From Phyllosticta citribraziliensis (taxonomy: Eukaryota), in NCBI RefSeq assembly GCF_038025025.1, contig NW_027117338.1, forward strand, positions 2,914,001-2,978,000: 64,000 bases of DNA, written 5' to 3'. Made by a program: the position numbers and the translations under genes. Under the pieces are notes generated by a model. The model ran no database searches, had not been told where the DNA came from, and saw nothing but the letters and a program-made list of their open reading frames with translations. Shown here one piece after another: positions 1-13,262 of this stretch. How positions within the stretch are numbered: position 1 is the first letter of the stretch; every line of letters begins with the position of its first letter.

Positions 1-1793
1 CGCGCGGCGAGAGCTACGTCGACGAGAGCATGGTTACCGGAGAGGCAATGCCCATTCTCAAAAAACAAGGGTCCAATTTGATGGCCGGTACGGTTAACGG
101 AGCGGGCCGTGTTGACTTTATCGTGACTCGGGCTGGGCGCGACACCCAACTGTCGCAGATTGTCCGCTTGGTCCAGGAAGCTCAAACGTCTCGGGCTCCC
201 ATCCAACGTCTTGCTGATCTTGTTGCTGGATACTTTGTGCCCATCATCATCACCTTGGGTCTGGCTACTTTTGTAAGCTGGATGGTTCTGAGCCATGTCC
301 TCCCTCACCCGCCCAAGATCTTTCTGGATTATGAGAGCGGAGGCAAGCTGATGGTGTGCGTCAAATTGTGCATCTCGGTCATTGTCTTTGCTTGCCCCTG
401 CGCACTGGGTCTCAGCACTCCTACGGCGGTCATGGTAGGCACGGGTGTAGGTGCTGAGCAAGGCATTCTTGTCAAGGGTGGAGCTGCACTTGAAAGTGCT
501 ACCAAAATCACGCATGTCATCCTCGACAAGACGGGAACCTTGACTGTCGGCAAGATGAGCGTGTCCGGAACCAATCTTCAGCCTGCATGGAAAAGCTCAA
601 AGCCCAGAGAACGCCTTTGGTGGACTCTGATCGGCCTGGCCGAATTGGGAAGTGAGCATCCTATTGCGCGAGCGGTTGTATCGGCGGCGAAAGAAAACCT
701 CGGATTGGGTACTGAAGCAGCCTTTGACGGCAGCATTGGAGATTTCGAGGCAATAGTTGGCAAAGGCATCTCAGTCAGCGTCGAGGCCGCCATTTCCCCC
801 GAGTCAAAGCGCTACAAGGTCCTCATCGGCAATGCCGACTTTCTGCGGTCTCGAGGAATCACCGTGCCCATCTCGTCAGAAGAATTGGGCTCGTCTACCT
901 CTCTCGATTCAGATGTCAATGAATCGACCTACACTGGCGTCACCGTTATCCACACGGCCGTCGACAGCGAGTACACAGGCACCATCTGTCTTTCCGACAC
1001 ACTCAAAACTACCGCACGCGCCACTATCCGCGCTTTGGCCCGCCTCGGGGTGTCCTGTTCAATCGTCACCGGCGACCAACTTGCCCCGGCTCTGGCTGTC
1101 GCCCGCGCCATCGGCGTTCCCGCCTCCAACGTGTATGCCTCAGCTACGCCGTCGACCAAGCAAGAGATTGTCGAACAACTCCAGCGACCACTGCATCTCG
1201 GCGGCAAAGGCGAAGTAGTCGCCATGGTCGGTGACGGCATCAACGACTCGCCGGCCCTCGCAACGGCCTCAGTTGGCATTAGCCTTAGCAGCGGCACCGA
1301 CATCGCCATGGAAGCGGCCACGGTAGTCATCATGACGCCGGGCGACCTGCTCTCCATCCCCGCCTCGCTGCAGCTCAGCCAAACCATCTTCCGGCGCATC
1401 AAGCTCAACCTGCTCTGGGCGTGCGGCTACAACGTCGTCGGCCTGCCGTTCGCCATGGGCTTCTTCCTGCCGTGGGGCCTGACGCTGCACCCCATGGCCG
1501 CCGGCGCCGCCATGGCCTGCAGCAGCGTCAGCGTCGTCGCGAGCAGTCTGGCACTCAAGTGGTGGCGCCGCCCGCGCTGGATGTGCCTCGAGGTGCTGGA
1601 CCCGGAGGCCGCGGCGCTCGAGGGCGTGTCGGACAAGTCTGCCCATGGCTTCTCCTTGTCATTCGGTTTGGGTTCGTCGGTCAAGAACCTTGCCGGCGGC
1701 GTTCGGTCATTATGGAATGAGCGCGTATTGGGCCGACCGAGCCAGACCGTCGCGTACACGCCCGTCCCGTTGAGGGATATGGGCGATGTCTGA
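1..1793 (+). CDS. Copper-transporting P1B-type ATPase (Ccc2/ATP7-like), 5' part lies outside the window
   Basis: Frame open from the window edge (RGESYVDESMVTGE). Has CPC transmembrane motif, DKTGT phosphorylation site, SEHP, TGD, GDGINDSPALA, and YN / MxxSS copper-type residues. Stop at 1793. Confidence 0.93.
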   Translation, partial: RGESYVDESMVTGEAMPILKKQGSNLMAGTVNGAGRVDFIVTRAGRDTQLSQIVRLVQEAQTSRAPIQRLADLVAGYFVPIIITLGLATFVSWMVLSHVLPHPPKIFLDYESGGKLMVCVKLCISVIVFACPCALGLSTPTAVMVGTGVGAEQGILVKGGAALESATKITHVILDKTGTLTVGKMSVSGTNLQPAWKSSKPRERLWWTLIGLAELGSEHPIARAVVSAAKENLGLGTEAAFDGSIGDFEAIVGKGISVSVEAAISPESKRYKVLIGNADFLRSRGITVPISSEELGSSTSLDSDVNESTYTGVTVIHTAVDSEYTGTICLSDTLKTTARATIRALARLGVSCSIVTGDQLAPALAVARAIGVPASNVYASATPSTKQEIVEQLQRPLHLGGKGEVVAMVGDGINDSPALATASVGISLSSGTDIAMEAATVVIMTPGDLLSIPASLQLSQTIFRRIKLNLLWACGYNVVGLPFAMGFFLPWGLTLHPMAAGAAMACSSVSVVASSLALKWWRRPRWMCLEVLDPEAAALEGVSDKSAHGFSLSFGLGSSVKNLAGGVRSLWNERVLGRPSQTVAYTPVPLRDMGDV

Positions 1794-2104
1794 TTTGCAA
1801 CGGCCGCCCTTCTCTCTATCCCTATTTTGGTACATTTCCCCCCCTTTGCTGTAAAGGGTTTTCTTCATAGCGTACGTATTCAAGCGCGCTTTTTCTTGTT
1901 TCCTTGGAGCGAGCATCCATCTTGGTATTGGCGTTGCGCTTTTCTTCTCGTTGTGCACATACATACATATCCGCCGTTCAGTTGCTGCTTGCTTGCTTAC
2001 TCGCTTGCTCCATTGCAACCACCGCTGCCATTACCTACATACGTATTCTGTCTATCTGTGTGTTGCAAAAAAGATCAAGACGTACAGTCAGTTGGTTGCA
2101 TCAA

Positions 2105-2210
2105 ACCTACCTACCTACCTATCTGTCCACTGTTGAAGCGTCTCCACGACTAGATTTGTTGCTTTCTCTCATAGCCTACCTAGCCTACCTAGCCTAGCCT
2201 AGCCTAGCCT
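2105..2210. repeat. Microsatellites (ACCT)n and (TAGCC)n
   Basis: ACCT run at about 2105-2120 and TAGCC/TACC runs at about 2172-2210, read directly. Confidence 0.85.
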
Positions 2211-2797
2211 GGCGTTCCAACGGCCAATTACGTCGATGAAGAGCTAGACGCATACGTACGTTTATAATTCAAAAAACACACAAAGGTTAATTCTCTGAAT
2301 CCACACCCGGTTGTATATTGAAGATCTCGGTCCGCACCTAATGATCTAAGCTTGTGTTGAGAGAGTTGTTTACTGCATCCACCCTCTGTCTCCCTACTAA
2401 CTAAGTGCCAAATACTGGATCCACACACTATTATTAAATATGCCCTGATATCCCTTGCTTTACTGCATCGACCGCTGTGCAATGCAATTCAACTCTTGGT
2501 GCAGATATAACGTTGCGTTGCGCTCCACTCTGTACCCGCCCGCACTCATAACCACGATCAGCCTTACTTGTATGTACTTCTCTCGCTTGAAGAAAGCTGA
2601 AGATGCAATGCATAGATGATTATCAGAGAATGAATGGATTGAATGGAACAGTTGAAGGTGACTTCAGTCAAATCAGGGGTGGGAGGAGGGATTCAGTGAT
2701 GTGTAGGGAGGGTGTGGATGTGTTAATTCAGAAAGACTCCCTCTCTTGGTTAATCATTCATCCAGTGCGCAAGAGTGAGGTAAGGGGGATCAATCAT

Positions 2798-2798
<1 letters not shown>

Positions 2799-2825
<27 letters not shown>
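2799..2825. repeat. (TAC)n trinucleotide microsatellite
   Basis: About 9 tandem TAC units. Confidence 0.9.
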
Positions 2826-2829
<4 letters not shown>

Positions 2830-3039
2830 TCGACTATTTACAAATGCGTGCGTGCGTGCCTTATGCGATACGGCCGAGACGTCGTCCGTTCAGTCTGATG
2901 ATGACAATGCTGATGATGCAAGCATGCCACCGTGCCTCCCTCTCTCTCGCGTCCTCGCGTCCTATGCAATTCATTCGTTCCCAGCCATCCCATTCGATTC
3001 CGTCATATCTTGTCCTGTGCCATCCCAATCCGGCGCTAT

Positions 3040-3270
3040 GCGAGAAACAGAGAGAGAGAGAAAGAGAAAAGGAAAAGGAGAGAAGAGAAGTGCAGTGCGG
3101 AAAAGAAAGGACAATCTGACCCCTTGAAAACTCCAGTGCAGGCAGGCGTGATTCGTTGTTGTGTGAGTGAGACGTGATGAAGGAAGGGAAGGGAAGAGAG
3201 GAAGAGAGAGGGAGAGAGAGAGACGGCAAAAGAGGAAAAGAGAGAGAGAAAAACGAGAGCAAAAAACAAA
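3040..3270. repeat. GA-rich polypurine low-complexity tract downstream of ATG2
   Basis: (GA)n and (GGAAG)n runs, almost purely purine on the + strand in two blocks. Confidence 0.8.
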
Positions 3271-3343
3271 ACTCCTATCCTAATGAATCCCCAAACGCCA
3301 TCGAATGACCACCTCCACCTCCACCTCCACCAACATCCACCCC

Positions 3344-6300
3344 TCAATGCTGCCGCTTATACTTCTCATCAATGCGCCGCGCACTTTCCCTATCCATGGC
3401 ATTAGCGGCACCAAACAGCGCCGCGCCGCTCGCCTTGGCGGCCGCCGCGAGCGGGCGCACGACGAGGACGGGCGCGTTGCGCGCAATGACCCACGCGGCG
3501 CCCGACGCGCTGCCCGACTCCATGATCTCGCCGGGGATGGCGATGATGGCGTCGCGCGCCGACGCAAAGTCGGCCTGCAGGTGGCGGCGCGCCGAGATGA
3601 GGCCGGCCCGCACGCCGATCGGCTGGTCGGCGTAGTTGGAGAAGGCTCGCGGCTCCGGAGCGTTGGCGCCTCCTGCGCCCGAGGGCGAGCCGTTGGGCGA
3701 CAATTCTTCCCAGTCTGTCTCGCCGTGGTGGTGAGAGGGGTTGCCGCCGGTGGCGGATTGGGAGGTCGGAGAGAGGAGCCCTTCGGCGCCTTGGAATACC
3801 GCTTGTGTGCCGATGCTGACTTTGGCGCCCAGGCGCAGCAGCTCGATGCCCGTCGTCTTGGCCGCGGCGATGGCGCCTTTCTGGACAGCTCGCACCAAGC
3901 GGCCGTCCTTGCGGTACTCGCTCATGGGCAAGGTGACGAAGTTGCGGAAGCCGGATCCGACGTTGGCGATGGGACGCACCGTGGCCAGGCCAGCGAGGAT
4001 GCTGGGAATTTGGTTTCGTTTCACGTCGGGCATCCAAATGTCATTGAGCGTCTTGTGGACCTTGTCGAATCCAGAGATGCCGTAGACGATGCATCGGCGG
4101 AGCACAATGTTGGCGCCGTCCAGAATCACAAAGTTCATGAATTCGGTCGTGTGGCCCGAGCGCAAACCAGCGTAGTCCACCTGCTTTGGCTTGTAATCGA
4201 GTTTCAACTTGACGGTCTTGACTTCGAGTCGTTGGATGAAGGGTTGCTCGGCCTGTGTCGGTGGCACATGAGAGGCTCGGTCGTCCTTAAACTCGAAGAA
4301 GCGGGTAATGAAGTCCAGAGCGTCTTGGTCAACATGCAGGCGCACGGGCAACACGGAAACCTGGAATAAGTCAGCACTCTGGTCTACTCACTCTGCTGCA
4401 TATTTCACTTACTCGAATGACGAGCTCCGTCGCGGCAAGGTCCAGCACTGGTCGCACGTTGAGAACTTCGAGCTTCAAGAATGGCGAGTCCAATGGACGC
4501 TCGCCAGCATCACGATCGTAGGTCATGAACTTCCTCCAAGTCGAGGTTGGAACATGATCAATAACGTCGAGATCGCGGACGCGCACGTCGATCGATGTCT
4601 GCGTCTCACTGGCTCCAGGAGGGAAGGCAACGAAATCCGCAGCTATGCCTTTCAACTCAAACGTAATCTTGTGGTGTCGACCTCTTTCAAGCTTGAGGCG
4701 GACCTTTTTGGATCCAGGGCGCGAGCTCGTCCCCGTGGCGGTCGTTGTCGCATAGCTAGTCTCACTTACCGTGTCGTCGCCTCCTTTCATCGCGCGATTT
4801 ATCTGTCGGGCATTCTCTTGGGGCGTTTGGTGAATAGGGAGAGCGATGTAAATGGAGCCAAAGAGTAGATCCTCTTCGATTGTCACTCCATCATCTTCAT
4901 CGACTCCGTGTCTCCTGTCGCGACGGTCTTGTGCGCGCTGCTGAACTTCTTCGAGTTTCTGGCCTAGTCTCTCTCTAGTTTCGGGCCAATCGTAACCGTC
5001 GTAGAGATTCCAGATAAAATGGACGTCGTGTATGTGGAGGGTGAGAGGACTTTCCACCTCCATGACGTCACTGGACTCGACGTATTCATTCTTCCTGGAG
5101 TTCCAGGCTTGGGCGACATTTCGCTTCGTCGAAGGGGCACCAAAAAAGTCCTCTTGAAAGTTCAGCTCAAGGTCTTCGCCTGAATCTTCACGCCCACCCA
5201 GCGCGTCAGCTAGGTTGGCGTTCAGTTTCGATTCGTCCACAGACTCTTCCGTCATTTGGTCGAGGCTCGGCAACTGATCAGGGTCGTAAAAGGAGCCCAT
5301 GAAGTGGAGATTCTGCTCATCGTCGTCCACGATGACCGACTGATCCATGTCAATCATTTCTCCTTGTTGCTCCGGTCCTAAGGTTTCGCCAGCCAGCGAG
5401 GCCATCATGTTGAAGACTGGCTCGACTTTGGTCCGATATTGAATAGCTTGAGAAATTGGCTGCGGTGGGGCCAGTCCGCCAAATATCGCAATCAGTGTTT
5501 GAGTAGAGTCTGCGCATGTTTCCATGACGAACAAGTCGTTGTTAAATTCGACGTCGATGACTTGCTTAGTTTCGGCTTCGGGCTCTGTAATCTTGATCGT
5601 CGCCTTGGCTTTGGAGGTGGTACCCACGGAGACAAAGCCCAGACGGCAAAGCTCGACGACCTGCCGGCTTCCCAACTCCGCTGACCGTGGCACGACGTTG
5701 GACAAGTCATCACGAGCCAGACGGCTGACATCGTCAATGATCAGGAGCGAGGCTTTCCTAATATCGGCTTTGACGGTTGTAGCCACGTCCTTGAGCAACG
5801 CTCCGGAAACTCGTGCGTCTGTCAAGACAAGGAGAGCTTTCGCGGAGCTGTTTCGGGGATTCAATCCAACGGCACAGTCTGAGAGCTGTATGTCCAGGTT
5901 CATTGGCTGTGTCGCAGAGCCGTACCTCTCACTAGATGCGGAGGATTGCTTTGTGACGTTGTCGGGTGAGTTTGGTCTTTTGATTGTTCCAACGGAGTCT
6001 TGCGGACCTCTGGCGGCCTCTTCGGTCTCGTTCGGTTCTGTCAGCCCCAGGATTGCCATGAGTAAGTCCACATGGTAGTCAATCAGAACGTTGAACAGCT
6101 TGACCTTGACCGTTGGCTCCATTTCATCGCCCAGAAGTCTGACCATCAGAGATGGTATATCAGCATCGTGAGCGTGCGGTGTGGATACTTGGTCAACCAA
6201 GGTCTGCTGTTCGCCTCGTTGTGACTCGAGCGATCCGACGGCCACAGCAACCAGGGATGGCAGTCCTACGTGAGCGATTTGAAGCCGTTTCCCAATGACA

Positions 6301-9300
6301 GACATGCGCCCGATTTTGTCGTTGACGTTGATGGTGACACCACACTCAGCTGCTTCGATGATGGAAAGAAGTCCAGGGCGCTCGTCGTCTGGTAGAAGCT
6401 TCGCAACGCTTGAAAGCTTTGCAACGTCATTGCCCAGTTGCTTGAGTCTCTCCAGACCGCCAAGGTCGGATATTTCGAGCTGGACCCCTCTACGGGCATT
6501 AATTTTGATCAAAGACCCTTTTCTTCGCTGTGCCATGAGCGTGTCGATCAGAATATCGTCGTCGGCTTCGTACTTGTATTTAGACGGCGTTATCAGAGCA
6601 AGGAGTTTGGCCAGGTCTGCCTCCGCGGGAGTGAAGTTGTACCTGATGTCCACGTCGTCGAGGGTTGCTTGAACAGGCACATCCTCAGCCCATAGCCTAT
6701 GCGTTGGATGGGGACCAGAAACTCTTGCGTGGCGGACCGAGATTCCAAACAGCTGATCGCGGGCAGCAATTTTGACCCGGCTTGTCTCGAGGAGAGCAGC
6801 GCAGCTTTCCCCTTGCAAAACGAAATCGAAACCACCGAGGACAATATTGACCTTGGGCATTTTCATCGGCGTGGGGGAGTGCTCTCCAGCAGTTCCTGCA
6901 GAGGGCTTCTTCCTGGGTGGCGACGAGGGAAGACTGCAAGTCGACTTGATGTTCTTGCCGATTCTCAAAACCCCACTCAAGCCGCCATGGGCGGCAAAGG
7001 TCTCATCCAATTTCTGTACGTCCAGTGCTGTGTGCATTGGAAGTGCCGAAATGTGAATCTCAGAGCGAGCATCATTTTTGACATAGTGCCACGAGATTTC
7101 GCTCTCTTGGGTTGGATCAAGTCCAATGGTGGTTTCGTCAAGGCTAGAAGCAGGGCTGAAACTGAGTATGTCGCTGTCGTCGAAACCAAGCCTAAGAGTG
7201 CCAGTTCTTCCCTTGACTTCCAGGGTCTCCCTCTTGCCTATCACCGATACTGTGGTTTTGCTCATCTTTGTCTTGAGCAACACATCGCCAGAATTCCATG
7301 GAGGATGTTGCAGGGGCCCGACGAAAGGCATTGGTTCGACTCCGTGGCTACTCAGCTGATTCAGGAGAGCAATTTGGATGTCGCTGATTGAAACTTTCAA
7401 GGCAAATTTATGGTCAGTCCTGGCGGCTCGTCTTGTGCTGCTTTCTTGCCCTGAGTCCGGCCCAGCAGGCCAGTCTTGCAGCGATTTGAGGATGCCCATG
7501 GCCAGATAAATGAAGTCAACGTCCATTTGCGCTCGGACTTTGCCTACTTCGACTTCCATGCCGTGATTCGGGCTTGGGTTTTGGGCGAAACGCTCTGCTC
7601 CTGGATTTCTTGGGGACGATTCGTGTTGAACGGATGGCCTTCTGGCTTCTTTCAGAGACGAACCCACTCGCGATCGTGAAGTTGAGGCGGCATATTGCGA
7701 AAAAGATCCAAATACCGATGCTTCCTCAAACGAGACTTTAGAGGCGCGCGCGGGCTGGGGCGAATCTGGTGGATCCGTATCCTCAGGGGAAGAACCTGGC
7801 TGTGGTAGCCACACGACAATGGTGTCTACATCAAATAGCGGATAGTAAGTCCTCGTTGCGTCTGGAAAGTCGTCACCTGCGTCGGTTCCTTCTTCGCCAG
7901 CTGAGCGGCCAGGCCGCGCGCGATCGACAGGGCTTTGGACCCTTGGCGTGTCCAGTCCCTCTTCATTTTCGCGAATAGTACCAAGATTGTCTCTCTTCAT
8001 ACGGCCAGAGGTTGTCGATCGCGCTCGATCCGGGCCGCTTTCGCTGCTTGTTGTGCTTGCACTATCCCATCCGCCAGGCATTTTGAAGTCCCGCTCTGAC
8101 TCGTCCAGCTCATCGCCCATGGCGCTCATGTACAAGCTTTCAGTGTCCTCGTGTGTGAAAAGACGAGATTGCTCTAGATCATTGACGTTTGAGGCCCCGG
8201 AACTGGTAGGACTAAGCTTCTCCTGAGTACTCTGAGAAACTTTGGGAGAAATTGTCGTTGAGTGATAACTTTCAGCGTTGCCGGATATATCATCGTGCTC
8301 TCCCGTGGGTGAAGGGTCAGACTTAGGGCTGGACGTGCTGTAAACTGGCTGACTAGATCCAAAACGCAAATCTGGTGACGATTGGCTTGGACTTGAGCTC
8401 GAATCATCAGGGATATGTCCAAGAGAAAGAGCTTGCTCCGAATCGAAATGTTGTTCTTCATCGCCAGGCCGGATATTGGAACTGGAAATTCCGAATTCCT
8501 GTCCATGAGATGGCTCATCCTCGCCTGATGGATGCGAGAGGTCCATGCCAAAGACGGTAGATTGTTCCATCTGAGAGATATCCTGAGAGCCACTGCTACC
8601 TTCGTCAGCGTCGGCGAACTTTCCATCATCCGTCGAAAAAGACGACTCCATCATTTGGCTTCCCTTGTTTAGGGGGGCAGAATTGTCGGCCATGGATGCA
8701 GTGGAAGTCCTTGCGTTGTGCAAACCGGACACCGAAGCGGAGCTGTGGAAAGAGCCACCCTGCGAAAGGGTGCTGGAGAACTCCGGGCGAACACTTCGAG
8801 CAGCGGCAGGCGATTCAGGCGACGAAACCGTTACTCGGCTTTTCGACATGACTTTTTCGTCCAGCAGGATTCCAGCGCACAAGGTTTCCAAAGTCAGCTT
8901 TCGCTTGTTTCCTCTGGTGTCCTCAGTGGTGTCCTCGACATTCTCCCGGCCAACAGTCGACGAAGTGACTGTCAAGCCTTCCAAGTCGACACGGCCAATG
9001 TGAAAGACCACAGTCGCGGGACCGACTGCGTCATCGTTATCCCAGCCGTCCGGTGGGACTTCCATGTCAAGATGGAGCTCGACATTTTTGATGGATACCT
9101 GGAGCTTGTCGCGGACGCCATCGAGGAAGTTTGTGACCACGCTCGGAAGAGACAGACCCACCCCAGTCCCCAGTTCGGAGGCTTCCGCACTGTCGTCGCT
9201 CAAAATGCTCGCCTCGGCAGTCGACTCTTGCAGGTACTGAGATTGTACGCCTATAGCAGCCTCAAGTTCCCGCTTTTCCTCAGGCGGCTCCTCGAGCAAA

Positions 9301-9782
9301 AACGACTTGGCAAGATCTTCCGTCGTGGGTATGGCTTCGCCGCTGGGACCAGATTTGGCGCGAGGCTGTCCTTTGCCTGAAGTCTTGTCGTTGTCGTGCA
9401 GGTCTTGGGCCACCTTGGTCTTGACAATGACGCCATTTATCTCGATGCATATTCCAGTCGAAAGGTCGGCGGGGACTGTGATGCGGAGGTCGCGCACCGA
9501 AGCTTTGATCAAGGTGAGACCGGGCGGGAGCGATAAAAGTGATGTGAGTTTCTAGACAGGAGTCTCAAATTAGCCCAGTGCGTGTTTGATGTCACGATGC
9601 CATCAACGTACCGCAACATTCAACCCAACATCGCGTAACGCGAGGACATTTTTCTTGCCCCACGTTAAATCCAGTCGGTCCAGATCCAGAGCATCGTCGT
9701 CTAGGAATTCTATGCGCGAAAGAGCGTAGCGCAGAAGGCGAGACTTGATCGAGGCGGATAGGATGTTGAAGGCGAACGCCAT
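3344..9782 (-). CDS. ATG2: Autophagy-related protein 2 (lipid transfer protein); exons 9782-9612, 9551-4413, 4360-3344
   Basis: Exon 1 MAFAFNILSASIKSRLLRYALSRIEFLDDDALDLDRLDLTWGKKNVLALRDVGL is the chorein-N start. Also METCADST, WNLYDGYDW, DHVPTSTWRKF, LPVRLHVDQDALDF, KLDYKPK and an ATG_C-like tail. Introns 9611-9552 (GTACGT..TAG) and 4412-4361 (GTAAGT..CAG) keep frame. Confidence 0.95.
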
Positions 9783-10548
9783 AGGTTAGCCTGAGGCGGC
9801 ACCTCGCCGCAACACCGCACGACGGAACTTTTGAGCGACCAAAGGGCAAGCGATGTCTGGCGAAAGATGCGAGCAGGCAAGAGCAAGAGACGGTCGAGAA
9901 GGGCGAAGAGGTTAAGGCGGGCAAAAGCTGGGCGGTGGTGGGCGTTCGGAGATGGGCGCGGCGGGAGACATGCGGAGATGGCAGCGATGCAGACGGGAAG
10001 GGAGAGAAGAAAGAAGCAGAGAAGGAGAGGGAGGGAGGAAGAAGGCGAAAGAGGGCGTGATGTGATGGCGTGCGTGTGAGCAGTCTGTTGAGTCCAGTCC
10101 AGCGGTCGAAACTGAAAGTGGTTCAATATGATCATTCAGTCACCAGTCCACCGCGGCACCGGGTTGGCGTTGGAGCGGGCAACGCAACGGAACGGACAGC
10201 CCACCTCACCTCCAGGTCTCCCTAGGTATCGGTATCTTATCTCGCTATCAGCCACGTGACTCCACAACAGACTTCCTTGCCAGGCAGCCAGGCTGTAAGG
10301 CATCCATTCTCTCTCTCTCCTCGCTCCCTCGCTCCCTCCCGCCCGGACATGACGCACACCCACGCGCGCCCCGGCCACCTGCACATCCGCACTCCACTGC
10401 ATCTGCACCGCGTCCTGCACAGCATCGTCCCCGAATTCCCCCTTCCAAGGGGCCCTGAGAGGTGCACTGCGCGTGTCCCTCGTCTTCTAACGTCCGCCTC
10501 CACCTCGACTTCGACCTCGTGCAGTCGACAACGCTCGCGCTGCGCGTC

Positions 10549-12436
10549 ATGGACCCGCCGTCAGCTCTCGGCGACGATGCCGCCTGGCACCGCGCCCACG
10601 GCGTGCCGCACCTAGAAGACGCCTTTATCCAAAAGTACCTCGACGGCAGAGACAAGCTGGTTGCCGAAGAGAAGAAACAGCGAAGCGGTTGGTGAAATTT
10701 ATGAAAAATACCAAAACCCACTTGTCCTACCCAAGAAGGAGGTCTGACCGCGCTTGTCAGACCGCTTCTTCCGCGAGAGCCTCTCTCCGACGGCCTTCGA
10801 GGCCTGCTCCATTGTCGATCAGATCCGCTTCGAAGAGCAGCAGACCCTGTGGACCAAGGACTTTGAAAACACCCTGTCGGACGATGGCGACGTGTTCCCC
10901 GGCATGATGTTTTCGCTGGCCAAGGACCGCATGGAGAAGAGCAAACTGTGGCGCATCGTCCGCCGCATGCCAAAGGGCGCCCTGTTGCATTGCCATCTGG
11001 AGGCCATGGTCGAGCTCGACTGGATGCTCGATGAGGCCTTCCGACTGGACGGCATTCACATCTGGGCCGAAAAAGCATTGACTACCCCGGCAGATCTTGC
11101 TGGGAACAAGTTCTTCTTCACCTTTGCCAAAGCCGCTCCTTGTGCCAATCAGTCCATATGGTCGTCGTCCTACACTCCCGAAACCCGAATACCTCTACAT
11201 GCCGCTGCCAACGCCTTTCCCAACGGAGGCGTCCAAGGCTTCCGCGAATGGGTCAAATCTCGAACCATGATTACTTCGGAAGAATTCCTCAAGCATCACT
11301 ACGGTGTCAATGACATTTGGAGAAAGTTCTCGTCTTGTTTTCCCATCCTTGCCAGCCTCGTCTTCTACGAGCCGTTCTTCCGCGCCTTTATCAGGAGAAT
11401 GTTTACAAATTTGCATGCAGATGGCGTTCGCTGGGTCGACATACGTTCGGCCTTTGTCTATCCCTGGCGGAAGCCCGAATGTGAGCACTACGATGACGAC
11501 TTTTTCAGCATGTTCGAGGCGTTCGAGCAGGAGGTGGAGAGCTTCAAGGCGTCACCAGAGGGCAAAGGATTTTGGGGGGCGCGTTTCATTTGGACCACGC
11601 CCAGGATATTCGACAAGCGAAAGCTTGTTGAAAGTAGGTCAATTCCACCAAAAGAAAAACTCCCCACAAGATTCTGATTCTTATTTTCAGGCATGACGAA
11701 ATGCATTTCGACCAAAGTCAGGTATCCCCATTTAATCGGCGGCTACGACGTCGTCGGCCAAGAAGACCTAGGCCGACCTCTCCAAGACATGATTCCCGAA
11801 CTCTTCTGGTTCAAGAAGCGGTGCGCCGAAGAAGGCGTCGACGTGCCCTTCTTCTTCCACGCAGGCGAGTGTCTCGGCGACGGCGACAGCACCGACGAGA
11901 ACCTGTTCGACGCCGTCCTGCTCGGCACGCGGCGCATCGGCCACGGCTTCTCGCTCTACAAGCACCCGCTGCTCATCGACATGATCAAGCAGAAGAAGAT
12001 CCTCGTCGAGAGCTGCCCCGTCAGCAACGAGGTGCTCCGCCTGACGGGCAGCATCCTGTCGCACCCGCTGCCCGCCCTGCTGGCCCGCGGCGTCCCCGTC
12101 TCCCTCTGCAACGACGACCCGTCCATCCTCGGCCAGGGCACCAGCGGCATGACGCACGACTTCTGGCAGGCCCTGCAGGGCTGGGAGAACCTGGGCCTAG
12201 CCGGCTTGGGTGCCCTGGCTGAAAACAGCGTCCGCTGGGCTAACTTTGAGGATTGCTCCGCCGCCGACTGGCTGCAGGACATCAAGGACGGCGCGCTCGG
12301 CAAGGGCTACAGGGCCGAATGCCTCAAGGAGTGGATGGCCGAGTGGGAGCGCTTCTGCCACTGGGTCGTCTCCGAGTACGGTCAGGATGTCGACTTGGAC
12401 GCATCTGATGACGACAACGAGGCGTCTCGCGCGTAG
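10549..12436 (+). CDS. Adenosine deaminase, ADGF/CECR1 (ADA2)-like; exons 10549-10687, 10761-11633, 11691-12436
   Basis: MPKGALLHCH metal motif, GYDVVGQED, FFHAGE, RRIGHG, ESCPVSNE and NDD. Introns join in frame. Confidence 0.9.
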
Positions 12437-13262
12437 GTAGCGAGCGAGGCCTCTTGGCTCCTGATTTCACGGAGAACAATCCTCTTTTCGTTGTTCTAGT
12501 GATATCTCTCTTTGTTCAGTTTCCTATTTGTTCTGGTGGGTGGCTGAGCTCAAGCACTTCCAAAAGAGGGTGAAAAATTGCGTTGGATGTTTGATGCTCT
12601 TGTTTATTTAATTTGTTTGCTACGCACTATTTCGTGGGCAATCCTTCAACAAACCCCCCGAAACGACTCTTTGTATGTATCCTCTCCAGAAATGTGACAT
12701 CCTGGACAAGGAGATGTGAACGTTGGATCCGTGCCACAGCGTGTCGGCAAAAGACACAACAAAAAGCCGTTTGGAGTTGACACTCTGGCCCCGAAGTGGT
12801 TCTCAGCCAAACTCAACGCCAACAGCCAAAGGACTGCGCTTGTGAGTAGTATCAGAAAACGTCCGGCCTCTGAGGCTGTTCAGCTATTGAGGAATTCTCG
12901 AGTTGCGGTCGAATATTGCCATTGCATAGACGCACCGAACCCAGCCCAGTCCCCAAGAACGACAACGTTGCCAGGCTCAAAAGGTCGATTTCGTGTGCGA
13001 CGTCTCTGGATGAGGGACACGCCATTCCACGTGTTCAGCGCCAAAGCCTAGGGGGCCTGCAACGACCTGCGTTCGTTTGTTATGCTGCGAGTTAGTGCTC
13101 TTTCTTTCCATCGGTGATTGTTTGAGTTTCAAAGCCGCGCTGATCCAAGCTTGATCTATATCTCCAAACTAGAAATCAACAGAATGAATCGATGCTGAGA
13201 ACGGCGCCTTGACACTCTCAACACTGCCATGCCACGTACGGAGTCCGAGTGGAGGGTGCCTT

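Noticed and set aside
2228..2530. AT-richer patch considered as a RIP-mutated transposon relic
   Set aside because: Too short, with no terminal repeats or transposase/RT similarity I could recognise.
3305..4369. 354-aa + strand ORF and similar long antisense ORFs elsewhere (e.g. 44211-45023, 17938-18603, 58712-59410)
   Set aside because: They are shadows of GC-rich real genes on the opposite strand and show no family motifs.
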